Of a stretch of DNA of 64,000 nucleotides, positions 42,901 through 57,332 are shown one piece after another (the first letter of the stretch is position 1; the number at the start of each line of letters is the position of its first letter). Source of the DNA: the human T2T-CHM13v2.0 reference genome, Homo sapiens. The notes under the pieces were generated by a model. It saw only the letters and a program-made list of their open reading frames with translations. It did not search any database and was not told the origin of the DNA. The translations under genes and the position numbers were made by a program. The stretch lies in NCBI RefSeq assembly GCF_009914755.1, contig NC_060934.1; one strand, 5' to 3'.

Positions 42901-44091
42901 CGTGCTGCCCTGGCTCTTGGTCAGCTGCAAAATGGAGACCCCCACCTGTGTGGAGCTGTAGCAGGAATGAAGCTGCCATCAATCCCAGCACTGCTCTGTC
43001 CTTGCGGCCAGGGCATCCAGCCAGTGGGCCTGGCTGCCCCAGTTTACCTGGGGATCACACGCATGCACATTCCTGTCCATCACCCTTTTCTCCAGGGCCT
43101 GCAGGGGCCTCTGATCCCCTGGCCTGGGAGGCCCCCTCAGACTCACCTCCACGGCTTCAGGTTCTGCCCCCTCCATGGGTCCCGCCCTGCAGAGACTCCC
43201 CGACTCCCCTCCGCTCCTCCACCCTCAACTTCCTTGGGGCCCCAGCCTGCGTGGCTGCCCCTGAGTCCCAGCTCTGAGGCCCAGGGCCAGCCAGGCCATC
43301 CCAGGGAAGCTTCTTCAAGGGAGCTTCTAAGGGCTGTTCTGTGGCAGCTTCATTTCCCATCACTCTAGGGGACACAGGACCATGGCTTTCCAGTACACAC
43401 TGGCTGGGTCTCCGGGGACCTGGCAAATTGGCATTTTGTCTCTAAACCACTCCTGAAGGGCAGCAGTCCATGCGCTTCTCTCACCAACTTCTGCAGAGGG
43501 CATTTGGAGCCCTCCTTCTCCTCCAGGTCCCAGACTGCCTTCTGATTCCAGCACCTGGGTTCTCTAGCCCCTGCCTGCAGCCCCCCTACCCAGTATGGGT
43601 ATAAGGTCCTCTCAGGGATGCTATACCAGGCCAGACTCTGCCAGCTGCTGCAATGTCCCCAGGCTTCTTGCCTATTCAGGCACAGAGTGTGGGCCTTTTC
43701 CCTGAGCCCTCCACTCCTACCACCCTCCCGGCCCTGGACTGTATCCCCCCATGCCTCGCTCTTCTTCCCCAGGAAGGAAGGACTCTGCTTTTTTCATCCT
43801 TCCATGGCAGCTCCTTTCCTTGAAAACATAACAACACAACTGGCCTCTGGGGCCTGTGACCACCAGCTGAGGAGAGACCTTCTCAGAGCAGAACACCCAC
43901 AGGATACAGGTTGGCCTCATGGAACCCACAGCCGGCCTCACCCCCAGTTGTGGGCCGGGGCAGCCTCCATACTTCCCATGGGCTATGAACTGGTGGAAAT
44001 TCTTTCCAGAAGGATGCAGACCCTTACACACAGTGTCTTGTGATTAAGTATGAACCACTTCGCAGTGTACTATATAGAAATGAAAAGTGTG

Positions 44092-44470
<379 letters not shown>

Positions 44471-47184
44471 TTAGGGGAAGGCTTTTCATGGTCTTTTCAC
44501 TTTGGGGGAAGGTCATTCTTTACTCCATATTTCTCTAATGTCTGCTGCTTATACAGCATGTATGCTTTATATTTGAGATCAGAAAATAAGGGCCCGATAT
44601 CGCCACAACCTAAAGGGATCTGAGATGGTGATGCTGCTGAGATGGAGTGAGCAGTGCTCCCCGGAGCCAAGGCTCTGTGCTCAGCCTGCCTGTCCACTGT
44701 CTGTTCACCATCTTGAACACGTGCAATGTCTATTTGCAGCTAAGGGCAGGCTGTGAAGGAAACTCACTGTCTGCTGTGTCTATGATGATCCCCAACAGTG
44801 CTCCTGGGACCTTTCCCAGCACCAGAGGTGCAGAAGGTGTTCACATTCCTGGAAGGTGAGGTGAGGACCCTGACATGCTTCTCTGACGGTGTGTGTGAAA
44901 ATGTGCTCCAGCAAGATGAGGGAGAGTGATGGGAGACCCAGGAGCTGCTGTGTCACTGGCGAGGGCAAGACACACATGCTGATAAAGACATCTCAGGAAA
45001 GCTTGCCTCACCGCCTGCTCACGCTGCCTCTTCTCAGTTTCCCTCTGCCATCCGAGCCTGGTTTTTGCCTTCTACCTGCATATCTCTGGCCCTTGTCCCT
45101 CTCTTCAAGGCCAGAGAGTAGAGCCAGCTTTAACATGAGCTGAAACTCAGTCTGCCTGGAAGACTACCCTGTAGAACCATTAGCTGCATCTGAAACCAAA
45201 CAGAAGCAATATTTAAATTATCCACCAACCCCTCTGCTCATGCAGAGAGAGGAGAATTGACCAAATGCTGAGCAGATGAGTATTACCAGGCTGGCAGATG
45301 ACGGGGTCAACTGTGCAAGGCTCTGTCCAGAAGAAGGATGGATTCCAGGGCAGACGTTGAGCTCCCCTTGTCCACAGCACCGGCCCAGCCAAGAAGAGTG
45401 CAGCATCTTCATCAAGATCATGCTTGGATGTGTCTGCAGCCTCTTCCATCCAGAGTTCCCATGGGCACAGGCCAGGGTCTGGACCAGCCGAACCCAGAAA
45501 AAGCTGCCACCAGACAGAGAAACTGGTAAACAGCATCCCCTGGCCCAGCCCACGAGCCGGAAAGTCATTTCCTTTCAGTTTGTGGATTTGGATGAAAACA
45601 CAAGCTGCAGCCTTGCCAACTTGAGCTGATTGTATCTATGTGATTGTCAAGGCACCGCAGTGAGTGGGGATGAGGCTCCACTGCAGCAGGCCCCTGGCCT
45701 TCTCCCACCTCCCGGACCTCCTCTGTGTCCCTGGGCTGTCCTGCTCTCCCCTCTCTGCTTCCATTCCTCTCTGTTTTTCTTTCCTCCTTTCTTCCTTCTC
45801 CTCACTCCCAGCAGAATAGAATTTACCAAAATGACTCTTGTCCTGTCAAACATTTGAGGAATAGCCTTTTAAGTGGCAAGCTGTTTATTTCAAGACCCGA
45901 TTCCCAGCATCTCTCGGCTTTAATTAAAAACATTTGTAAACAAGCTGATGATTGTCACAAAAGTCCCATCTATGAAACAATAAGAACAAAGAACAATCAG
46001 CTGAACATATAATTATGAAATAGTTTTCTTTTGAACTTTCCAGATGGGATTGGGATATGCAGTTTAATAGAAGATTATGAGCTGCAAATCCATTGAATAC
46101 ACAAATATTTGCCGTCTGTGTTCAGAAGGCACAGTGGGGAGTTGCTTTTCAATGTTGTATCTTACAGCATCTCGTCAAGACCCACTGCCAACCGATATAT
46201 AAGCCAATTAATTCTGGACACATTTAAAAAACAAATACCAGCCAACCACCTGTTTTCTGGTGCCAGCTTTTTGCCACTTCACTGGTTTATAAACAGGCCA
46301 GCAAAGCGTCGCCATGGTTCCACGCAGTTGGCCTTGAGGATGAGGCCAATTCATTATCTTGTGGTCCAGTGTGGTGCCCAGACAAGCTGCTCACCCAGGC
46401 CTGTCGGCAGTGATCAACGGCTATCTTTAAAAGAGCTGCCAATTCGGGAGAAACTTCCAGAATCACATCCTCCTGATGAACAGAGAGAAATGTGCAGGAA
46501 AAAAAAATCAGAATCAAAAGCTCCTTAAAGAGAAAAAAAAAAATCCCAGTATGCCACATGTCATCAGCAGTGGAAGCCAGTAATCCTGAAGTTCAAGTCT
46601 TTCCAAATGACCGGTGATGGATGTGGCCCAGCTCACAATGTCTCATAAAGCAGATTGTTCTATTCAATGCTTACCCGGAAGGGTAAAGATTTCTGTCATC
46701 TAGATACAGATGAATACTAGGAACATCGATAGCGGTTGCTACTAAGTCAATTATTCCTGCAAAAAGACGTAGGGTGTATTCCAGCACAGATCAGTGTTGC
46801 CCAGAATGGGTCATCAAGCATGGTCAGAAAAGATCCATGTTGGGATAAAGAAAATGGTTTTCTTGATATAAACCAAGAAGGGATTCTAAATCCCAGGATC
46901 ATCTAGTACTTAATAGAGAGACAACAACAGAGCCATAAAAATTAAAACCAAAGATGCATCCAGTGCTTCCTTTTCTTGATGTAAGTTGTATGATATACCT
47001 TTAGTGGAAAAGAGACAACTCCAGGAAGCCAGATCCCCCACGGGACCCATCAGCGTCTTCAAGTTAGAACTGGTAGTATCTCCATAGATGACTTTCACTG
47101 ATGTTTCAAACAAATCTTAGTGAGACAATTCCTCTTTGTTGTATATTTGAATGAAATATTGTATATTAATAATATTTGTACAAA

Positions 47185-47589
<405 letters not shown>

Positions 47590-49233
47590 TTAGACCTTTT
47601 CCTTCAACTCACGTAGGCTCATTTGCGAGTCTTGGTCAATGTGCTAAGTGCGCAGTGTGCCTGGGTGAGCACAGTGCACTTGTGAGCTAATGGGGCACTG
47701 AGCAACCTCACCTCTGGCTTTCCTTCAGCTATCAGCAGATGCTGAGGGTGGGAAGAGCAGGAGATATGTGCAGACCTCATCTTATCATCTTAAATTATCT
47801 CTCTTTTTATTGAAACTTATGGCATTTGGGGAAGAGGATGGGTAAATTTGGAGAGTATTTTGAACTTGGACAATGTGCCCAAGCTGTCTTATATTTAGTA
47901 TTTTAATTGGTCAAGAAGAAGGAAAAGGCAAATAAAAACACCTTCGCCTCCTACCACCTTTTAGATGGCAGAATCTCAGCAATGCAGTCCTGCCACAGTG
48001 TACTATTATGTAAAAAGGAAAAAAGTGGCGTTCAGATGATCCAAACCAACAGTTTTATAATTTTGGAATCTCTATTCCTGGATTGAACCACCTTGTAAAT
48101 GGTGGGAATTGGAGTTCAGCTGCTCGCCTCTTTATTCTGAACAGACAAGGGGGACTCTTCCTGTGAACTAGGACAGTGTCAGAGACCAGTCTGCAAAGGC
48201 TCATGAAGGAGCCGCTCATGCTTTACAAAATTCCAGAAGATGTTTCTTCATTCCAATTTCTATAAGTGCTGAAAATTATGTTTTACTCTTTTTAAATATA
48301 AATTAATCTAGACTCACACTTAACATTTGGTGTGTTGATTCTACCTTAGAAATTAATCTAATATTTCACACTAGCTTGACCAGTCTTGCCAAACTATGAA
48401 AACATTTACTGGCTTTTACATCTCTGAGGAGCAACACAAGAACTGGACTTCCCTGAAGCAGTCATCACAAGCACCCAAAGACTTCAAGGGCACAGAACAG
48501 CAAGGGGTCACCGTTCACTCCCACCGTGCCCATGAAGGACCAGACACAGCTTCTACTCTATGTCATCCTTGCTAGACAGGTAGCTCATGCTGTCTCAGCA
48601 CTTTCTGGTCTTTTGATTCTGGAAGTGCTTTGCACAGTGTTTATTCCAACAGGAACTTTCCTGGTCGGTGAGCACGGCTGACAGTGAGCCACACTGTTCC
48701 GCAGTGGGAGGAACCCAAGCCCCATATTTGACACTAGAGGAAAGGAATGACCCAGGCGGTGAGCAAGTGACCCCAAGGCGACCCAGCAAGGCGGTCACAG
48801 AGCCCAGATTAGAGTTGGGGCCAGAGTGCTCAGGCCAGCCACATCAACACCCTGCCAGCTTCTCCTCGCCGACCTGACTCAACGGTATGCCAGGGCGATC
48901 TCTGGAAAATCCATTTGCAGAAACCCTACAACAAGGCCAGACGGCCTGAGGCCACCAAGCCTCACCTGCTCTGCCCCTCCAGGGCAGCCACGCTGGATGA
49001 CAGCATCAGTGGGAGATGAAGAGGGGCACTGTGGCTGGGCCTGTCCCTGTCTTTTTAGTTTGCCTGAGACAGTGGGCACTCATTTTTGAAGAAAACAGGC
49101 AGTGTTTGGGATGTGGAGTGCCACCAGGGTACCAGGAGCTGCAACTGCCCCGTGGGGGGAGAAATGCAGCCCAAGGGCTGTCCCCAGGAGAGCCAAGGGG
49201 CTGGAACCTCTACCCCAAGATGATGGTGGCGCC

Positions 49234-49668
49234 TGCATTCATTTCCGTGCCTGCTGCAACCAAGTACTTCACTCTTGGTTAAAAAATAGAAATGCATTTT
49301 TCTCATGGGTCTGAAGGCTCCTTCTGCGATTGTGAGGGAGACCCCGTTCCTTGCCTCCCCCCAGCTTCTGGTGGCTCCTGGTGCTCCGTGGCCCCTTGGC
49401 TGTGGGCATGTCACCCTGGTCCTTGCCTCTGTCTCTGCATAGCTGTCCTTCCTCCATGTCTGTGGGTCTCAAATCTCCCCCGCCTCTCATATGAGGACAC
49501 AGTCATTAGATCCAGTGTCTGCCCTAAATTCAAGATGATGTCACCTCAAGGCCCTGAACTGAATTATACCTGCACAGACCCTGCTTCCAAGTGAGACCAC
49601 ATTCCGAGACCCAGGGTGGGGGTCAGGATGTGGCACATCTCTGTTGGGGCTGCCATTCGTCCACTGTA
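49234..49668 (-). mobile_element. MLT1 (MLT1C-like) MaLR LTR
   Basis: CCAGCTTCTGGTGGCT..ATGAGGACACAGTCATTAGAT..ATACCTGCACAGACCCTGCTTCCAAGTGAG..GGGGGTCAGGA. Confidence 0.85.
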
Positions 49669-50679
49669 GGGCCCCTGCCTTTTGATTCTTTAGAATGGCC
49701 CGGGATTCAAGGGAGGGGCCTTTGTTCCTCAGCCCCACAGAGAGCAAGTGACGCTCACCTTGGAGAGACCTCAGAGGCCTGGATGGAGTGGAGTGTCTAA
49801 AAATTCTGCTGTGACTAGAATGAGGCCAAGGCCAGCAGATGTAGTTTGGGGTGGGGAGGGCAGGGGGCACTCCTTGGCCAGCCCATGTCCTGCAAAGTGC
49901 TAGTGATGAAGGCAAAGCACAGAGCCTGGCCTGCGGGAGGAACCATGCACAGACGTGGTACCAAGGTTGGATTACTCAGCACTCCCGACCCCGCCTTGGA
50001 CCCGACAGACACATCATTCCAACAAGCAGGTGAGTAACAACACATGAGTCAAGTCAGTAATCCACAGTCCTAGGAGTTCACGATTCCATTCAGCATTCCA
50101 TTTGTTAAGTTTCAAATTGAGAACAAAACCCCAGAAGTGAGACAATTTCCGTCCTTCTAATCACAAACTTGCATTCGTCTGTGTTGCCTCGTATCAATGT
50201 AGAATACATTATCATTTTGAAAAATCTAATCATGCAGTTCAGGTAAATGGACTCAGAATTAAGAATCTGGAAAGGAAAAAAAAAAAACCCAGAATATTAA
50301 AGGTCAAGTGTAAAGAATATTAAGCTTTGAAAGGCAAGGCACAATTTCTAGTTATGAATTTTTCACAGCCTGGCTAAGGGGCTTCGCATGAGTCAGAGAC
50401 AGTTCTGCCCTCAGCTTCTTGTGATAAAGCCTGGATGAGCACCGGGTTCCATTCCAAGGGGGCTTTGGAGACCGCAAAGAGACGGCACATTCAGGTGCAC
50501 ATGAGAAATCTAAGGTGCTTGGTGAAGAACATGTTTCCCAACCAGAGCAAGGGAAGGAAAGGAATCTTTGTTAATGGAGAACCTGCGACGTGCTGGCACC
50601 TGTAGTTGGCATCTCATTGAACATCTCAGCCACTAACGCAACTTCACATTTATTTTTAGCTGATAGCATGTTGCAATTT

Positions 50680-52100
50680 GTCTGTTTGTTCCTTTTGCTC
50701 TGACAGTTTTTACTTCCTGCATTTTGAAGCTCTATTATTAGGCACAAACATTTATAATTGTGGGGTCTCCCCGATGTATTGATATCTTTATTATTATGAA
50801 ATGTTCTCTTAGTTTTAGTCTTACTTCTTTTTCTAAGCCCTGTTTTGCATGGTGTTGATATAGCATCTCTTGTTTTCTTAGGATTACAATTACTGGTATG
50901 TGTAGTGTATGTATGTGTGTATGTAAATTTACACACTACACACACCACATATATACACACACATACACACATACTGTTTGCCATCATTTTCCTTCCTGCT
51001 AAAGGACTGCTAGAACAGTCTGTGGCTGACAACTTTTCTCGAATTTTGTTTATAAAAAAAGCATTTATTTCACCTTTAATTTTGAAGCATCATTTCATTG
51101 AATATAAAATTCTGTTTTGATTTTTTTTCCCTTTAGCACTTTAAAGATGGAGTTCCATTTTCTTCTTACCTGAAACATTTCTCATGAGAATGCTACCTTA
51201 TGTTTGTACATATTTTTTCCCTTCCATGTGATGTGTTGCATTTCTTCTCTGGGTGCTTGTAAGATTTTCTCTTTATCTTTGGAATGCAGCAATTTGACCA
51301 CGATGTGCTCCATTGTGGTTTTCTTTGTATTAGGTTGGCACAAAAGTAATTGCAGTTTTTTGCCATTATTTTTGTGCCAACCTAACATTTACCCCACTCA
51401 ACATTTGTTAGTCTTCATAGGTTTATAAATCAATGTTCTTTGCCATCTTTGGCTATCATTTGTTGAAATATATTTTCTGCCCAATCCTCTTTCTTCTCAT
51501 TGTGTAACTCCAGTAATACATATGCTAGTCAGTGTGATGCTTCCATAAGTGTCTTTAAGGCTCTGTTGCATATTTTTAACATTTTTTCCTTTTTATTCTT
51601 TAGATTGGATCATTGCTATTGCTCTATCTTCAAGTCTGCTGACTCTTTTTATTTCTGTCTACAACCTTCTGTTAAGTCTTGCTAGTTAGTTTTCATTTGA
51701 TTTTTTATAGTTTCCCAGCTCTCAAATCTCTACTTGATTCTTTTGTTGTATTGTCAGTGTCTCTGCTGAGAGTCTCATCTGTTTAGACATTGTGCCTATA
51801 TTTTTCTTTAAGTCCTTGAATATATTTATACCTGTTAACAGTCATTGTCTGCTCATTACAGCGTCTGTGTCATCTCAGTGTTAATTTGTATTGACTGCAT
51901 TTTGTTTTTGAGTTCAAGCCACATTTTCCATTGTATGGTTATTGTTATTGTGAGGATAATTGGATACTGGGCATGATGAGTATTGTGTTGTAGGGAGACT
52001 TTTGTTTTGGAAAACAATTAACTTGCCTGGAATCAAACCACACTCTCTGCTTCTTCTGCGGGGAGAGGCGGCTGAAATCTCAGCTGTTATTTCAACGTTC
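50680..52100 (-). mobile_element. Old L1M (ORF1/ORF2-start region), fragmented
   Basis: TTTTGAAGCTCTATTATTAGGCACA, TTTATTTCACCTTTAATTTTGAAG, AAGATTTTCTCTTTATCTTTGG, CTATCTTCAAGT..CTGACTCTTT motifs. Confidence 0.8.
51330..51385. mobile_element. MADE1 (Hsmar1-derived MITE), internally deleted
   Basis: TTAGGTTGGCACAAAAGTAATTGCAGTTTTTTGCCATTATTTTTGTGCCAACCTAA with flanks TA and CA. Confidence 0.9.
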
Positions 52101-55100
52101 AGTCCTACTTTTCCGCATCCCCGTGCGTCCTGATGCATGTTACCTTAGCGGTAAGCCAGAGACTCGCCAGAGCTGAGGCACCATCACTTGCTGTGACTGC
52201 TCCCTGCCATGATTTCCCCATTGATTTCTGGCTAAATGTAGAATGCCAGTTCCACGCTCTATCCTCAGTCATCATCCTACTGGCTTGAGTTGTCATTCCA
52301 ACACTCCACCTGCACCAACTGTGGAGTGTCCTCAGTGAAAAACCTGCAGACTCACAGACCTAAGCCCCGGCAGATTGGCTTTCCGGCAGAGACTCCCCTC
52401 CACATTCCTGTGCATTGCATGTTCTCCAGGGCCTGCAGGGAGTTGCATTTTTACATTTTGGTTTTTGGGGTCCAGATTTTATAGTTGTTATCTGTGAGAG
52501 CGTTAGATTTCGCTCATCTACTCTGTCATTAACCTCTAATGGATTTTTGCTAAAGATCTGGTTAAGTAACACTGATTCTGGATTCTTAAGAAAGAATGAT
52601 TTAAAGGTTGTATTTTATTTAGGTCTACAAAAGCTAGAAACACAACATGATGGCGACAATAGCCTTAATCATCTACCTCCGCTTCTCACTCTAAGAAAAC
52701 ACATTCTGTGACTAAATTATGAGGTGCTAAACTCAGAGTATAATTATTGTATTCATAAAAGATTGGTGGTAAGGTGTTTATACAATTCTCTGGGGTTGCA
52801 TTCAAACTGTGTGAGAGACCATCCTATCAATTGTTGTGGTACTTGCACTCTTGAAAGTTTGTGCCCTAACGAGCTGGAAGATTGTGCTTAGGGCTTCTGA
52901 CAACCCCTGGTGCTTCCTGAATCACAGGGTGCAGCGAAACTGGGAGTGTCCAGGGAGCAGATGCTCTGGGAACCAAGCACACTCCGTTTATGGAAGGCCA
53001 GGGGACCAACCCAGCCTCCCAGGGCAAGAGCTGTAGATACCAGACTTCAGAGGGGGGCAAGGTATGCATGTGAGTAAGCTGTATCACACTGAGGAGCTGG
53101 GTCTTATCCTGACGGCAGAGAAGCCTCTTCCCCAGGCAGTGCTATATCTGGAGCAGAGGGTGGGGGTTTGTTTTTTGCTGGCCTGTTAATTTACTGTGCT
53201 TGTTCTTTCAAGGATAGAAAAGATACTTCCTTCTATGCAGAGGAAGAGTGTAAAATAAAGGAGAATCTGATGATAAGGAAATAGAAATATGGGAAGGGGT
53301 GTGAGGGTGGGATTCTGCATTGGGAAGGAGGGGTGAGCCTCTTTCAGGGCACACATGCATCTCTCTGTGCCCACAGGAGTGAAAGGCAGAGGCTGGTAAA
53401 GAAGGAGACCTCAACACGTGAGGGCCCAGGAGGCTTTGTGGGTTCCACCCAGTGGCTGCGGGTTTTTCAGGGAAGTGCATTTCTATTCCCCTGTGTGAGC
53501 AGCAGGCAGCACCTCTTCTTAGTCCCAGGTTATAAAGAGGCAGAGCAGACCCTCCCTGCTTCCCTGGTTGCTGGGCTGACGGATGCTCAGGTAGCCACCT
53601 GCCCTCACATTCCAGTCGGGCAGCAAGGCACAACAGCCGTCCCTGGCAGGGTTATTAAAAAAACCAAAGCATTTCAGTTCTGCAAAATTAGAGATGGACT
53701 AATCATCCATTTCTTTTGGGGATGAGGAGACAGAGGCTAAGAACAGGACCCTGAGAATGTTTTCAGCCAAACTGAGATCAGGACCCGGTTTCCCCAGCCT
53801 CGGGAGGGCAGCAGCCTTCTCTGCTGTGGCTACAAAAACTGTCAGCAAAAACGGAAGGCAACCCAACACTTCATGAAGCTTTCCCTTGAGAAGGCATAGA
53901 TCTGTGTGGGCAGAGAGGGTTCCAGGAATGTAGGTCCCTCTGCCCTGTCCGCTGCTGACCAGGACTGGGGGCTTAGGGACAGGGGGAGTTGTCCACAGAG
54001 GGTCAAAGGTGAGGGGTCAAAGAGCATGAAGAAGAGAGAGACAACTGGTCCCCACAAAGCCGGGAAGGGTTGTGTTTTACTTTCCATGGAAAATGGCTCC
54101 ACATCATGTCCTAAAGGGGGTATGTCTGAGGAAAATGGTGGCAGAGGATGCCTGTCACGACTTCCTGCCATTCCCACTGAGGGTGTGAGGATTCCTCTGA
54201 GCTCTGGCCCGGCTCAATCTGGGCAACACTGCTCAGAGATTCCTAGGCCTTGCTTGGGTTCTCCAGACATGGAGAACAGAGACACCCAGATGGTCTGAGT
54301 CCTTCTCTCATCCTTGGCTTCTTACTTAAAACACCATCACACACTCCACAGGATCCGCCAATCTCCAGCAGTCACCAGGGAGGCTCCACGGAGCGCGGCT
54401 GCAGGAGGCTCCAGGCTTTGTTCGGGAATGGATCTGCCATCAGGGCTCAGTCACAGGCTGTCTCCGGTTCATTCCCAGTGGTGATGGGCAGACTCAGGCC
54501 CCGCCGGGGTCCAGCTCTGCATCCCACCTGGAAGTCACTAACCGCCCACGCTAAAGCTACCTGCTATGTTTCTGGGATGAAAGTCCCCTGGACCCTGGAG
54601 TTGAGATTTTCACCCTGTTCAGCCACCCTAGAACCATAATCTCAGGAATGTCTCCCTCCAAAACGGACAGGCTGACCCGCTCCAGCACTCGCTACTGTAA
54701 CCAGCACTTTCTAGACAAGGTACGCTTTGATTTCTCCCCTTTCTGAAAAAAGATCTTCCAAGTCTCTTTTCCAGATTATTTAAAGAAACATGGTTATGAT
54801 TATAGGGACAAAGCAAACATGTTCTCTCTTTTCCTCTTCCCGAGAGTAGGTGTCTTAGAAGAGACAAGATCCATGTTGAAGGAGACCATAGAAGGCATTT
54901 GGAAGGGAGGGAGAGAGGACGGGCAGGCTATAGAGGAGCCCAGCAGCCATGGAGCAGAGCCAGAACCCAAGGCCTGGAGGAGGGGCCGGATGGGTAGGGA
55001 ACCTGGGCACATGCCCATGCCCAGAGGGGCAGAGACATGAAGCTGCCTGTCCCCAGTGCAGTGGCAGACCCTGCCCTGCCTTCAGGTGGGCACTGGAGGG

Positions 55101-57164
55101 GCCGCAGGATGCAGTCGAGGGCTACACAGAGGCGAGGTTTAGGCTGGAGTTCCTGGGATGAGCGCTTACAGGACAATGTGCTCGGAATGCATCTTCAGCC
55201 TGAGCCACTGCAGGCAGGGGGGCTCCCTGTTTCTCCTGCATCCATCCCTGCACGCCCCGTTCACAGCTGGAGGTGACCTGGAGAAGTGCAGCCTGGGCCT
55301 GGCCCTCTGTCTCCCATGCTGCCTGACCCTCCTGCAGCACAGCAAAGCACCATGGCCAAGTGTCATTCATCCTTTCTTCCAGAGCTGATTTCGTTCAGCC
55401 TCCAGAGCCCTAGATCCCTCTGCTTCTGTTTCAGAAACAATCCCAGCGCAGTACAAGACTAGGCTTGGTGTTTTCACCCACCACCTCTCACACCACCTGG
55501 TGGGGCCCAGACCCTCTGCATCCTCACCAAGCTTAGCTGCAGAGTTTTGGGGGCACCTGCCTGTCTGGCATTCTTGCTCGTGGCCATGGTCAGACCCCAG
55601 GGGCAGGGCTTCCCTAGTACCCACCAGGAAAGGCAAGGTGCAGGGCACAGCAGGAGGCCTCCAAGGGCAAGGCCTGCCCTGCTGCCAAGGAGAATGGAAG
55701 CACACCAGGTACCCTTCCATTGTCTCTCTTTGAGGGTCCTTACTCTTGCCCTGTGGGAGAAGCCACACATCTTATGTGACTTTGTATCTCCTTAAATTGT
55801 GACTTCATTTCACGGACACTGATGGCCAGGATATCTTCCTAATCTAGGCTTTGCAAATATTTAGGCCAGCTCGGATGCTCAGGAAATTGAGTCCTGGCCA
55901 CTAATGACATACTAATCTAAAACTCACCTTGAAAGCCAGGTTGCCAGCGGGCATTAAGTTCCATGGCCATCAACTCTGATCAGTTAAAAAAACGTGCTGA
56001 CTGCCCCATTGCCAGAATATGTGATGCCATCTTCCTCCACGAGAGGACCAACAGGTCCTCACAAGCTCTTCCCGCCTCTCTGGGCCTCCTGATCCAGAAA
56101 GCAGAAGTCTGAGATCATGGGGACACTGGGTAGGGGTCTTCCATATCTGGGTCTGGATGCATCCCCTGAGGTTATATTTCCCGTCACATCTTAAGTCTCT
56201 CCATGTCTTCCTGGCTTTGGTAAGATGATCAGCACCCAGGAAAGAAGTAAAGCTGAGAGGTTGGGAAGAACATTGCATCTGATGGATGAAGTTCCTGTGT
56301 GAAGCGCTGGGATGGGAAGGAGATGGCAGTGTCCAGGAGTATCCTGGAGACGGACTTCCACAGTGAGCTCTGTACAGGCAGGTCACCCAGTCAGGAAGCC
56401 AGGCCAGAGCACAGAAAAGGGTGTCTTTTTAGACCTGCGGTTGTGGTGGGTGGACGTTGTGAAAACAAGAGTTGAACTTGGCTGGGGGTTGGGCACATCA
56501 ATTTGCACTGAGAGGTAATCTGAAGAGCAAGTGTGATCAGTGAGTGGAGGAGCAGAGAGGTGGGGCAAGGCGAGCTCCTTCTTCCTCTGCTGACCAATGC
56601 TTAGCCTCATGAGTCCAAATTTAAGAATGACTAACACAAGCCAACCAGCACAAACATACAGGCTACACAAGCACATGTCACCAGAGGAAGTTATCTCTAG
56701 CCAGAAAGAAAGGGAACAACATGCTGGGAACTCAGGCAACAACCAGACCTCTTAAAGTTGAGAACAAACTGAACCAAAAGAGAATAGCTTAAAACTGTTT
56801 GATATCCTCCATTAGATGCAAAAAAATAGAAATCTTTTATACAAAAATAGAAGAGAAAAAAGAAACAGCTACCACTCTGAAAGGAAGAAATATAAAGACA
56901 TAGATGAAGCGTGTATTGCATGTTGAATAGCAAATTATGCATCTATTTTGGTGGTGGTACAGAGAGTTTTTACACTGCAGAGGATAAATTGGGGATGTAT
57001 AGGTCATATCTGGGCAGATTTCTTAGAAAATAAGGTGAAGGAAAAGACAAAAATAGTGCAGAGGTGATGGATGACTTCAGAGGACCCTGCGAGGAAACTG
57101 TCAGGATGAGGGCGCAGATGTGCAGAATTGTCATCTTAAAGGATGAATCTGCTGAGGACCTCAT

Positions 57165-57332
57165 GTCTCTCAGCCCCGGCTGTGCAGTGCAGACACCTGC
57201 GGAACTTGGCAAACCCTGATATATGCCCGGGGCCAACCTCAGAGTTTCTGGTGCAGTTGGTTTGGGACACAGCCTTCGGTGCACTGCACGCTTTAGGGCT
57301 CTTGGGTGATTCTAAGTTCAGCCAAGGATGTG
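57165..57332. mobile_element. MER5-family DNA transposon relic
   Basis: CCCCGGCTGTGCA..CACCTG.GGAACTT..CAGAGTTTCTG..GGTGATTCTAA..CAGCCAAG. Confidence 0.6.
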
